From Nitrosopumilus sp. (GTDB lineage: Archaea; Thermoproteota; Nitrososphaeria; Nitrososphaerales; Nitrosopumilaceae): 64,000 nt of DNA. The stretch is from contig OZ252243.1 of the NCBI GenBank assembly GCA_965249555.1, positions 256,001 to 320,000 on the forward strand. The letters are read 5' to 3'. The notes under the pieces were generated by a model that searched no databases, was not told where the DNA came from, and was given only the letters and a program-made list of their open reading frames with translations. Positions 29,357-38,881 of the stretch are shown here, in pieces. Position 1 is the first letter of the stretch. Every line of letters starts with the position of its first letter. A program made the position numbers and the translations under genes.

Positions 29357-29493
29357 ATTTAGAATTGTAATTTTGGAATTGTAATTTTAGAAAAGAAGAG
29401 GACCTATTGCAGTAACACCAGGAACCAACACCAGGACTTTAGTTATAATTCTCTAATTGTGTTTTTTTAGTCTTTGATGGATTTTTCGCAGAC

Positions 29494-29515
29494 CCAAATT
29501 TCTAAGGAAATTTGG
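29494..29515. other. hairpin upstream of surface protein gene 2
   Basis: CCAAATTTC-TAAG-GAAATTTGG. Confidence 0.45.
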
Positions 29516-29586
29516 CAGTTAGTGAGAAATTGAATCTTGTCTTTTGATAGTATACCTTAAGAGTGGTAAATTATTGAAATATTTTA

Positions 29587-31167
29587 TTGAAATATCTGTT
29601 AATTGCTCTTTTGATTATTTGTTCTGTAACAGTTACAACGGTATATGCAGAAAGTGATAAGATACCAGCATGGGTTAAAGGGGTCGCTGGGTGGTGGGCA
29701 GAAGATAAAATTACTGATGAAGAATTTATCGAGGCTTTGGAATTTCTGATTGAAACTAATGTGATAAACCCAGATAGTTTTAGTATTTTAAAATTAAATG
29801 AACCAGTTGCAGAACCAGTTGCAGAACCAGTTGCAGAACCAGTTGCAGAACCAGTTGCAGAACCAGTTGCAGAACCAGTTGCAGAACCAGTTGCAGAACC
29901 AGTTGCAGAACCAGTTGCAGAACCAGTTGCAGAACCAGTTGCAGAACCAGTTGCAGAACCTATTGCAGGAACAAACAATCAATCAATAAGAGAATATAAT
30001 GAGAATGGAAATATTGTTTGTAGTTATTATTATGATTATGGAAAGAAATTTGAAATTGAATCTAATGTGAATTTTTCTAAAGAATATGATGAGTATGGAG
30101 ATGTAAAATATGAAGGTGATAGTAATATTACTGATAAAATACTTTCTGGTTATAATGATGAAATCAAAAAATTTGAATATGTTATTTGTACTATGTATGA
30201 GAAGAATGGAGATCCTGCAATAAGATATTATTCTAACGGAGATCCATTCTTAGAACCTTGGGAAGGTAGAACTGAATTTTATGATAATGGTAATATACAA
30301 TATGAGTTATTTACAGCTAGTGGTTATTTTTCTAAAGAATATCATGAGAATGGAAATGTAGAATTTGATTATACTTCACGAGGATATCCAATCAATGAAT
30401 ATCATGAGAATGGAAATGTAAAAACTGAATATTATAGGAATGGAAATATAGAATTTGAATATGATGAGAATGGATATGCAATATTTTCATATTTTAGTAA
30501 TGGAAATGTGTGGCAAGAATTTGATGAGAATGGAAATGTAAGAACTTACTATGAGAATGGAAATGTAGAACGTGAATTTTATGAGAATGGAAATGTAAAA
30601 ACTGAACATTATGAGAATGGAAATGTAGAATTTGAATATGATGAGAATGGAGATGCATATACTTATGTTCATTATTCTTTGAATGGATCTATTATTTCTG
30701 AAATTGATGAGAATGGAAATAGAATTTATTATCATGCAAATGGAAATGTGAGGGAAGAATTTGATGAGAATAGAGATCTACGGCTTTACTATTATGAGAA
30801 TGGAAATCCTGAATCTACTTATGATGAGAATGGAAATAATAGAATTAAATATTATTCAAATGGAAATGTAAAAACTGAACATGATGAGTATGGAGGAACA
30901 AGAGTTGATTATTATGAGAATGGAGATGTAGAATATGTTTTTTATGGTAATGGATATTACATTCATTACTATTCAGGGGGATATGTAGAAATGCAGAATT
31001 TAAATGGGCATAATCTAAACCTAGGAATTGATGAAAATGGAAATCCAATTTATCATGAGAATGGAAATCTAAAATTTGAATTTGATGAGAATAGAAATAT
31101 AACTTTTTATGATGAAAATGGAAATATAGAGTTAGAATTTGATGAGACTGGAAATAAAATAAATTAA
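29587..31167 (+). CDS. secreted/surface repeat protein 2 (paralog of 24342-26006)
   Basis: Near-identical N-terminal ~70 aa, PVAE x13, YYENGN/YDENGN repeats. Confidence 0.85.
   Translation: MKYLLIALLIICSVTVTTVYAESDKIPAWVKGVAGWWAEDKITDEEFIEALEFLIETNVINPDSFSILKLNEPVAEPVAEPVAEPVAEPVAEPVAEPVAEPVAEPVAEPVAEPVAEPVAEPVAEPIAGTNNQSIREYNENGNIVCSYYYDYGKKFEIESNVNFSKEYDEYGDVKYEGDSNITDKILSGYNDEIKKFEYVICTMYEKNGDPAIRYYSNGDPFLEPWEGRTEFYDNGNIQYELFTASGYFSKEYHENGNVEFDYTSRGYPINEYHENGNVKTEYYRNGNIEFEYDENGYAIFSYFSNGNVWQEFDENGNVRTYYENGNVEREFYENGNVKTEHYENGNVEFEYDENGDAYTYVHYSLNGSIISEIDENGNRIYYHANGNVREEFDENRDLRLYYYENGNPESTYDENGNNRIKYYSNGNVKTEHDEYGGTRVDYYENGDVEYVFYGNGYYIHYYSGGYVEMQNLNGHNLNLGIDENGNPIYHENGNLKFEFDENRNITFYDENGNIELEFDETGNKIN
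29803..29958 (+). repeat. 12-bp tandem repeat (PVAE x13)
   Basis: Perfect ccagttgcagaa units. Confidence 0.95.
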
Positions 31168-31178
31168 TTTAGAATTGA

Positions 31179-31249
31179 AATTTTAGAAAAAAGGTATGGT
31201 TATTTGATAGAGATTGTTATGATTGTAAAAATCATCTATGACTAAAATT
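31179..31249 (+). repeat. ~70-bp post-gene repeat, copy 3 (empty IS110 target)
   Basis: AATTTTAG...CTAAAATT terminal IR; inner ATGATT-gtaaa-AATCAT; TA core at 31226-31227. Confidence 0.85.
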
Positions 31250-31418
31250 ACAATTAGATCTAAAATTATTTTGTAGAATTTGAATTGTCTATTTGAAATT
31301 CATCTAAGTAATCATCAATATGATTAATGCACTTGTGGTTAGATAGTGCATAATCAGAATATAGAATCAATCCACATCTTACGCATTTTTGGGCGTCTTC
31401 AAAATGAATCATTAAGTC

Positions 31419-31970
31419 TTACCAATTACTCCAATTTCGAAAATCTAGATTTGGAAATTTCCTTCCAAGAATTATCCCATAATCGAAAAATTGTTTTTGC
31501 ATTGCTTTGAGATTAACTATTTCAGCTTGTTTTTTTTCTCTAAATTGTTTTGCTTGTTGTCCTAATTCATCTATCTCATGTTGGAGATTTTTAATCTTGC
31601 ATACTCTTTCTTCAAATACTTCATTAACTATTCTAGGCAAATTTTCTTTGAGATAATTTGAATCATAACCTGTAGATGATTCTTTTTTTTCAGTTGAATC
31701 ATTTGGTCGATTAAGCCATGCTCTTAAGTAATTTTCTGACTTTTTAGTTGGTTTGTTTGGTTGATTCCACCATTTTTCTAGTGGGGTTCTAGTATCATTT
31801 GGATCATCCTCAGTAAGTGTTGCAGCAGTTTTAAGAATTTCAGGCATATTATTTGCTGCATATTTGATAACTTTGCTCATTGTAGTGTCATTTTCTTTAC
31901 AATTTTTCTCAAATTGGTTTTTTTCATCATTACTGACATTAGCTGAAATTGTAGGCATAATATTTGGCAT
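31419..31970 (-). CDS. hypothetical protein with N-terminal ribbon-helix-helix-like segment
   Basis: TISANVSNDEKNQFEKNCKENDTTMSKVIK; C-terminal coiled coil. Confidence 0.55.
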   Translation of the reverse strand: MPNIMPTISANVSNDEKNQFEKNCKENDTTMSKVIKYAANNMPEILKTAATLTEDDPNDTRTPLEKWWNQPNKPTKKSENYLRAWLNRPNDSTEKKESSTGYDSNYLKENLPRIVNEVFEERVCKIKNLQHEIDELGQQAKQFREKKQAEIVNLKAMQKQFFDYGIILGRKFPNLDFRNWSNW

Positions 31971-31996
31971 AATGCTTGTGTTTATGTTTTCTAGAA

Positions 31997-34900
31997 TTAT
32001 TCAAATTTGTCATAAGGCTCAATTGGTTCTCTAGTAGTTTCATTATCTTTGAGCCACTCCAGAGTCTTTACAAAAGAATCAGCTAATTCAATAGTTGTCA
32101 AAACAGGAATTCCTAGTTCTAAAGATTTTCGCCTAATTTGAAATTCATCATCAAGCATTCCAACATATTTTTCTAATGTAGTAGTACTTGGAATGTTTAT
32201 GATGAAATCAATCTTTCGCTCATATAGAAGATCAGAAATATTTGGTTTTCGTTCAGGTTCTGAAATTTTATGAACTATTTCTATTTGACCTATTTTTTCT
32301 TCAAAGAATTCTGCAGTATGTTCAGTTGCCAAAATTTTGAATCCAAGATGTTTGAGTTTTGCAATAGCTGCAACAAGTTTTTGTTTATTTTGTTCACCGC
32401 CAACAGTTACAAGGGCAGTTCCTTTATCAGGCAGATGATAACCAACTGAAATCAAACCTTTTGATAGTGCATCATGGAAACTATTTCCAAAACAGGCAGC
32501 CTCGCCAGTGGATTGCATCTCAACTCCCAATGTGATATCTGCACCTTGTAGTTGCATAAAGGAGAATTGCGGAACTTTGATTCCATAGTTGTGAATCTTT
32601 TGCCACTTATTTTCAGGTATTTTAGGTAGAGGTTTATCCAAAATAGCCTTTGATGCAAGAGAAATCAGGTTCATTTTAACAAGTTTTGAGACAAAGGGCA
32701 TGGAACGTGATGCTCTAATGTTTAGTTCAATTACATAGACATGATCATCATGAACCAAATATTGGAGGTTAAACGGACCTTTGACATTAAAGGTTAGGGC
32801 AATCTTTTTTGTATATTCATTAATGGTCTCAATGATTTTGTTACTTAATCTCCATGGTGGGATACACATCATAGCATCGCCTGAATGAACCCCGGCACTA
32901 TCAATGTGCTCAACAATTGCACCAATGATTACTTGTTTTCCATTACTGATTCCATCAACATCTACTTCAAGGGAGTTTAACATGAATTTTGAAATTACAA
33001 CCGGATGATCAGGTGAAATATCAGCTGCTGCCTTGACATATGTCTTTAGTTCTGTTTGAGACCAAACAACTTTCATGGCGGCACCAGAAAGAACGTAAGA
33101 CGGCCTTACAATTACTGGAAATTCAACTTCTTGTGCAAAGGTTTTAGCTTCACTAAGATTTGAGAATGCTTGCCAACGTGGTTGTTGTATGTGAAGTTTA
33201 TCAAGCTCTGCACTGAACTTTGAACGATTTTCTGCCCTATCAACATCATATGCACTAGTTCCCAAAATATTTACACCGTGTTTAGCAAGGCCAGGAGTTA
33301 AGTTATTTGCAGTCTGTCCTCCAACACAAGTAACTATTCCTTTAGGATTTTCAAATTCAGTGATATCTAAAATTCTTTCTTGAGTTAATTCTTCAAAGTA
33401 TAATCTTGTGCAAATATCATAATCAGTAGATACTGTTTCTGGATTACAGTTCACTACAGAGATATTTTTTTCACCATTTTCTTGTAAACCCCAAACCATA
33501 TTGACAGTGCCCCAATCAAATTCTACGCTACTTCCAATTCTATACGGTCCAGCTCCCAATACAACAATTCCTTTTTCATCAGATGGAATTTCAATGTCAT
33601 GAGAATGGCCACCATATGTGAGATACAGATAGTTTGTGACTGCAGGCCATTCTGCTGCAAGCGTGTCAATCTGCTTTACAGAGGGCAAAACACCCAATTT
33701 CTTGCGTAAATCACGTACTTCATCAGGTGTTTTGCCTTTAACACGAGCGATTTGCTTATCTGAAAAACCCATTTTTTTGGCTTCCCAAAGGAGGGGTTCT
33801 CCTAGTTCAGAATCTTTTAATTTTGATTCAATATTTACAATATTTTTTATCTTTTCAATAAACCAAGGATCAATTGTAGAGAGTTTGTAAATTCGCTCAA
33901 CTGAAATTCCCATCTTTAATGCAATTGCTACATTGTACAAAATATGATCATCATGATAAGTGAGTTTGTTCTCAATTTCTTCTTCGGTGTAGGCTTTCCC
34001 ATCAACACGATTAAGAACTAAACCATCGTTTCCAATGTCTAACATTCGAATTGATTTTTGAAGTGACTCCTCAAAAGTTCTACCTACTGCCATTACTTCT
34101 CCTACTGATTTCATTGCGGGTCCAAGTTCTCGATTTACAAGTTCAAACTTTTCAAAGTCCCACCGAGGATGTTTACATACAATATAATCAAGTGATGGTT
34201 CAAAACAAGCAGTGGTACTTTTTGTAATTCTATTTACTAGTTCGGATAAATTATAACCCAATCCAATTTTTGCAGACATATATGCTAGTGGATATCCTGT
34301 TGCTTTGCTTGCAAGAGCAGAAGAACGTGAAAGTCTTGGATTTATTTCAATTGCAGCATACCTGTCAGAGTTTGGTTCAAGTGCATATTGAATATTGCAT
34401 TCACCAACAATTCCCACATGTTTGGTTGCACGCAATGCTGCAGAACGTAACATGTGGTATTCATGATTATCAATTGTTTGTGATGGAGCAACTACGATAT
34501 TATCACCAGTGTGAGCTTTCATGGAAAGAACATTTTCCATGTTACAAACAATGATATTATTTCCACCATAATCCTGCATTACTTCATACTCGATTTGTTT
34601 CCAGTGTCCAATGTATTCTTCAATTAGGACTTGGCCAACAATACTTGCTCTGATACCTCGCTCAACAATCTCATGAAGTTCAATTTCATTATAGGCAACA
34701 CCGCCACCTCGTCCGCCCAGAGTATATGCAACACGAACTATTACAGGGTAGGATAATTCTTCAGCCGCTTTTTTAGCATCCTCAAAGTTAGTCACAGTTT
34801 TGCTTCTCAAAACAGGGACGCCTGATTCATTCATTGAATCCTTGAAGAGTTGCCTATCCTCAGTTTTTTGAATTCCTTGAACTGAGGTTCCAAGTACGCT

Positions 34901-35239
34901 AACACCATATTTTTGAAGGATGCCAGATTCATCTAGCTTAACCCCACAATTAAGAGCAGTTTGACCACCATATGCCAGCATAATTCCATCTGGTCTTTCT
35001 TTTTCGATAATTGATTCTACATACTCTGGGTTTACTGGAAGGAGATACACTTGGTCTGCAAATCTAGTATCTGTTTGGATTGTTGCAATATTTGGGTTGA
35101 TTAGAACACTTTTCAATCCATCCTCATGTATTGCTTTGAGGCATTGACTTCCAGAGTAATCAAATTCACCAGCTTCTCCAATTTTAATAGCTCCACTCCC
35201 CAATACAAGAATTTTCTTTAAGGATTCATTCTTTGGCAT
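31997..35239 (-). CDS. carB: carbamoyl-phosphate synthase large subunit
   Basis: LGSGAIKIGEAGEFDYSG, duplicated ATP-grasp, MGS domain. Confidence 0.98.
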   Translation of the reverse strand: MPKNESLKKILVLGSGAIKIGEAGEFDYSGSQCLKAIHEDGLKSVLINPNIATIQTDTRFADQVYLLPVNPEYVESIIEKERPDGIMLAYGGQTALNCGVKLDESGILQKYGVSVLGTSVQGIQKTEDRQLFKDSMNESGVPVLRSKTVTNFEDAKKAAEELSYPVIVRVAYTLGGRGGGVAYNEIELHEIVERGIRASIVGQVLIEEYIGHWKQIEYEVMQDYGGNNIIVCNMENVLSMKAHTGDNIVVAPSQTIDNHEYHMLRSAALRATKHVGIVGECNIQYALEPNSDRYAAIEINPRLSRSSALASKATGYPLAYMSAKIGLGYNLSELVNRITKSTTACFEPSLDYIVCKHPRWDFEKFELVNRELGPAMKSVGEVMAVGRTFEESLQKSIRMLDIGNDGLVLNRVDGKAYTEEEIENKLTYHDDHILYNVAIALKMGISVERIYKLSTIDPWFIEKIKNIVNIESKLKDSELGEPLLWEAKKMGFSDKQIARVKGKTPDEVRDLRKKLGVLPSVKQIDTLAAEWPAVTNYLYLTYGGHSHDIEIPSDEKGIVVLGAGPYRIGSSVEFDWGTVNMVWGLQENGEKNISVVNCNPETVSTDYDICTRLYFEELTQERILDITEFENPKGIVTCVGGQTANNLTPGLAKHGVNILGTSAYDVDRAENRSKFSAELDKLHIQQPRWQAFSNLSEAKTFAQEVEFPVIVRPSYVLSGAAMKVVWSQTELKTYVKAAADISPDHPVVISKFMLNSLEVDVDGISNGKQVIIGAIVEHIDSAGVHSGDAMMCIPPWRLSNKIIETINEYTKKIALTFNVKGPFNLQYLVHDDHVYVIELNIRASRSMPFVSKLVKMNLISLASKAILDKPLPKIPENKWQKIHNYGIKVPQFSFMQLQGADITLGVEMQSTGEAACFGNSFHDALSKGLISVGYHLPDKGTALVTVGGEQNKQKLVAAIAKLKHLGFKILATEHTAEFFEEKIGQIEIVHKISEPERKPNISDLLYERKIDFIINIPSTTTLEKYVGMLDDEFQIRRKSLELGIPVLTTIELADSFVKTLEWLKDNETTREPIEPYDKFE

Positions 35240-35243
35240 TTGT

Positions 35244-36383
35244 TCATTTCTCCATAAGATGTTTTAGCTCTTCAAAGACGAACTTGCAATCAAAAGGGCC
35301 CGGTGCAGCTTCTGGATGAAACTGTACTGCAATGCAATTTTGTTTTTTGTGTTTTATTCCTTCAACTGTTTTGTCGTCTGCATTTGTAAACCATAAATTA
35401 AAGTCAGATTTTTCTAAAGACTCGGGAGTAATTCCGTATCCATGGTTCTGACTAGTGACATAGACTTGATTATTTTCCAAATTGACACAGGGTTTGTTTT
35501 GTCCTCTATGTCCATACTTTAGTTTGTAAGTTTCTGTATTTCCTGCAATTCCAATAATTTGAGCACCCAAACAAATTCCCAATGTAGGAATATTGTTTTC
35601 AATTAATTTTTTAGCAGTATCAATCGTATCAGGACATTTTTGTGGATCACCAGGACCACTACTAAGCACAACCCCTTTAGGATTGTAAGACATTATTTTC
35701 TCATAGGTAGTATCCCAAGGAACTAAAATTGCTTTGTAACCAAGTTCAAGAACATTTCTTAAAATTGCATTTTTTGCACCAGTATCAATTACAACGACGG
35801 ATTTATCACCATCACCATAAACTTGTTCTTGTTTTGTAGATACCACATTCATGAATTGCTCAGAGTCATAATGGACCGCTGATGCAAGTTCTTTTTTGAC
35901 TTGCTCAACATCAATTTCAGAATCAGATACCACAAGAGCTGCCATCATAACACCTCCTGTCCTGAGTTTCTTTGTTAATTCACGAGTATCAATTCCAGAT
36001 ATTCCAGGTACCTTTTCGTTGTACATCCACTCATCAAGAGTCATTGAGAGATTCCAATGACTGGCAGTTAGAGACAACTCATGTACCACCAAACCGCGAA
36101 TTTGTATTTTATCGGATTCAAAGAATTTTGGGATGCCATCATCATCTTTGATCGAAGGATCAGGGACCCCATAATTCCCAACTAGCGGATACGTTAGTGT
36201 AAGAATTTGACCATTATATGATGGATCAGTTAGAGCTTCTGGGTATCCAACCATCCCGGTGTTAAAGACAATTTCACCAAAAACAGTTGTAGAATAACCA
36301 AAGCCTTGACCATCAAGAACAGTACCATCATCAAAAACCAGCTTTCCAAACTTGTTTGCGTGTTTTGATTTTTTGGTAGTTAT
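35244..36383 (-). CDS. carA: carbamoyl-phosphate synthase small subunit; start inferred at non-canonical ATA 36383
   Basis: Frame open upstream of the track ATG through FGKLVFDDGTVLDGQGFG..GEIVFNTGM; GICLG and QFHPEA motifs. Confidence 0.92.
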   Translation of the reverse strand: MTTKKSKHANKFGKLVFDDGTVLDGQGFGYSTTVFGEIVFNTGMVGYPEALTDPSYNGQILTLTYPLVGNYGVPDPSIKDDDGIPKFFESDKIQIRGLVVHELSLTASHWNLSMTLDEWMYNEKVPGISGIDTRELTKKLRTGGVMMAALVVSDSEIDVEQVKKELASAVHYDSEQFMNVVSTKQEQVYGDGDKSVVVIDTGAKNAILRNVLELGYKAILVPWDTTYEKIMSYNPKGVVLSSGPGDPQKCPDTIDTAKKLIENNIPTLGICLGAQIIGIAGNTETYKLKYGHRGQNKPCVNLENNQVYVTSQNHGYGITPESLEKSDFNLWFTNADDKTVEGIKHKKQNCIAVQFHPEAAPGPFDCKFVFEELKHLMEK

Positions 36384-36474
36384 TGTTACCCTCGTAGAGT
36401 CCGAATGAATATTAATTTAAGTTTTTGTTCGGAAAAGAAATGAAAAAGTATTGATCGCAATAAAATTTGTCTGA

Positions 36475-37668
36475 TCAGAGTGCTTTGAACTCTTCGCTCC
36501 ATTTGTGATAAGCACGAATCATTTCAGTAGAAACACTTGGTTTTCTTCTTGCCATAATGTCCTTGAAATCAGAAGGGGTAAGTTCTCTTGGTTGGACAGG
36601 TGTTTCACCCTCTATTGGTTCATGATAATCTGGAGAGTTGAATATTTCATGCACTGTTTTAATTTGTGCTGCTTGACAGATATCTTTGATATCACTTGCA
36701 CTATATCCATCAAACAGTTTTGCCAAGTCAGCGGGGTTTACTTTGAAATCTTTTCTTAATGGAGCAGTATATTCCTCAAACAGGTGTTGGCGGGCTTCTT
36801 GTGATGGTAGTGAAACATAAATTCTCTTTTGAAATCGTCGTAAGAAGGGCCAATCAAGACTCCATGGTTTGTTTGTTGCTCCAATTACATAGAGCATCAA
36901 GTCTTTTCCCTTACCATTAACACCGTCCATCTCAGTTAGAAATTGATTTTTGGTTCTTACTTCTCCACCTACTTCACTAGTTCTTGAACCCAATAAAGAA
37001 TCAACTTCATCTACAAACAAAATAACTGGTTTGCCTTCTTTTTCAGCATATTGTCTTGCCATAGCAAACAATTTTGAAACATTCTTTTCTGCTTCACCTA
37101 ACCATTTGCTCATCATAGACGATGCATCAACATTGATAAAGTAACCATCCATCTCATTTGCAGTAGCTGCTGCAAGCATTGTTTTTCCAGTACCAGGTGG
37201 TCCGTATAGTAACATTCCTTTTGGCCATCCAAGAGGAAACAAGTCAGGTCTTTTAGCAGGATATATGATTGATTCACGTAATGCACTTTTGGCATCTTCC
37301 AACCCAATTACTTGGGCCCATGTAACATCTGGCTTTTCTTTCATTACAAGTTCTTCAAAGTCATTTTCTGCTTCCTGTCTTTGTACAGATGCCTTTTGAT
37401 CTTTAGATGATGCTTTTGGATCAACTGCAGGCTCTACACCATGAGCCTGTTGTAATGCATTAATTCGATTATGATAAGAGTTACATCTTTCTTTGTAAAT
37501 TTGGTTTAGTTTGCTGTTGGGATACAGTTGTAATAGTTTTACAAGTGCGTCAATTGCATGCTGATAGTGTGAAATTGCCATACCACGAGCACCTTGAGAA
37601 TCATACTTGATTGCCTCTGAGGCATATTTACTAGCAGTATTTTCTAATTCTTGCGGGGCTAAACTCAT
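36475..37668 (-). CDS. cdvC: Vps4-like AAA ATPase CdvC (MIT + AAA)
   Basis: MIT N-terminus, GPPGTGKT, SKWLGEAEK, FVDEVD, RRFQKRIY. Confidence 0.9.
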   Translation of the reverse strand: MSLAPQELENTASKYASEAIKYDSQGARGMAISHYQHAIDALVKLLQLYPNSKLNQIYKERCNSYHNRINALQQAHGVEPAVDPKASSKDQKASVQRQEAENDFEELVMKEKPDVTWAQVIGLEDAKSALRESIIYPAKRPDLFPLGWPKGMLLYGPPGTGKTMLAAATANEMDGYFINVDASSMMSKWLGEAEKNVSKLFAMARQYAEKEGKPVILFVDEVDSLLGSRTSEVGGEVRTKNQFLTEMDGVNGKGKDLMLYVIGATNKPWSLDWPFLRRFQKRIYVSLPSQEARQHLFEEYTAPLRKDFKVNPADLAKLFDGYSASDIKDICQAAQIKTVHEIFNSPDYHEPIEGETPVQPRELTPSDFKDIMARRKPSVSTEMIRAYHKWSEEFKAL

Positions 37669-37673
37669 CGTAA

Positions 37674-38171
37674 TTACCTACGCATATGTCCTTGAGAATT
37701 TTGTTGGTATTCAGCGGTGTTAACCTCTGTGGCAAAATTGGTTAAATTAATTGCACTTGTCTCAGCCTCAGAATAATCAGGTCCATCATGATATCGCTTT
37801 TTAAAATCAGATTTTTCAGAGATATGCATATGCATGTCTTTTACTTTGTTTATAGAGTCTTCAGCGGAAATTATCAATTCAGAGATTTCATCATCTAAAT
37901 TATCTAGTGAATGAGCAGTATCAGAGATAATTGATACAAAGTGCTTTAGAATTGAGCGCATCTCTTTTTTGTCATCATACTTGCATAGCATAAAATCAGC
38001 AATTCCAACAATTTTATCTAAATCTTGCAGTTCCTCTAGTGTGAGTTTATCTATTTTATCAGAGGATTTAGTTTCTGATAGTTTTTTGTCGATTTTTGAA
38101 GAAAGTGAACGTATACGTTCAATATCTTTTGAAAAGTTTCGTTTAGAATTTAGTGCTATCAAGTGTTGCAT
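37674..38171 (-). CDS. helical hypothetical protein in the cdv cluster
   Basis: 165-aa ORF between the CdvB-like gene and cdvC. Confidence 0.7.
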   Translation of the reverse strand: MQHLIALNSKRNFSKDIERIRSLSSKIDKKLSETKSSDKIDKLTLEELQDLDKIVGIADFMLCKYDDKKEMRSILKHFVSIISDTAHSLDNLDDEISELIISAEDSINKVKDMHMHISEKSDFKKRYHDGPDYSEAETSAINLTNFATEVNTAEYQQNSQGHMRR

Positions 38172-38767
38172 ACTTTGAAAAAATCAAGATTAGGGTACTG
38201 CTTACTTAATTTAGAGTCTACCATCAATTTTACTTCATTAAGCAAAGTTGAGGATTCTTCATTTGAGCGACTAAAGTCAAATCTTGCCTTTGTGAGGGTG
38301 GCAGAATCCAACACAATACTACCCAAGTGTACAGACAATTCAGATAGTTTTTGACTGCAATGAGGAATGATATCAAATAATTGTGCACTAATAGTTCTAA
38401 TCATGGGGATAGTTGCAGGGAGAACCTCTGGAATACTGTTTACATTTGATATTCTTCCAGTTCTTTTTTTTATTTGGGAGAGAACTTCCAAAGAAAAGGT
38501 CATAATTTGTTCTAGTTTAATTGCCTTAAGATGAATATCATTAGTTTCATCAAAATCAATGACTAAAGATTTGTTTGATTTTCTCAAGTCATGTCTTTTT
38601 TTTGCAAGAATCTCAACAATCTCATCTAATAGAGTTAGAGAATATTCCAATCTAGGAACAAGAGCAACTGAATGAGAAGCGATTGAAGATTCTAACGTAC
38701 AAACATTGCATTTAACCAACATACCATTTAGTGGATCTAGATTTTGTATTTGAGGGCATTGTAACAA
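38159..38767 (-). CDS. divergent ESCRT-III/Snf7-like protein (CdvB3-like)
   Basis: Helical pattern LPATIPMIRTISAQL..IP...NEESSTLLNE...KQYPNL resembles CdvB C-terminal helices; two genes from cdvC. Confidence 0.6.
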   Translation of the reverse strand: MLQCPQIQNLDPLNGMLVKCNVCTLESSIASHSVALVPRLEYSLTLLDEIVEILAKKRHDLRKSNKSLVIDFDETNDIHLKAIKLEQIMTFSLEVLSQIKKRTGRISNVNSIPEVLPATIPMIRTISAQLFDIIPHCSQKLSELSVHLGSIVLDSATLTKARFDFSRSNEESSTLLNEVKLMVDSKLSKQYPNLDFFKVCNT

Positions 38768-38881
38768 TTAATCCAGTAACCACAGTTACACCTGTCTGCA
38801 GATACAATTTTGATTTTTTTTGAGCAGTTGTTTAAAGGAATTTAGCTCTCAATTTTACCTAATAACAAATCAAGTAAAAAC

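Noticed and set aside
29571-29989. ORFs with GSAT, NWFC and NQLQ repeats
   Set aside because: Alternative frames of the 12-bp PVAE repeat.
24950-31150. Diversity-generating retroelement behind the AAT-rich YYENGN repeats
   Set aside because: No reverse transcriptase and no TR/VR pair differing only at adenines is visible in the window.
24558-31249. Possible CRISPR array from the tandem repeats or the 70-bp repeats
   Set aside because: The tandem repeats have no spacers and are in-frame coding; the 70-bp repeats are separated by whole genes; no cas genes are present.
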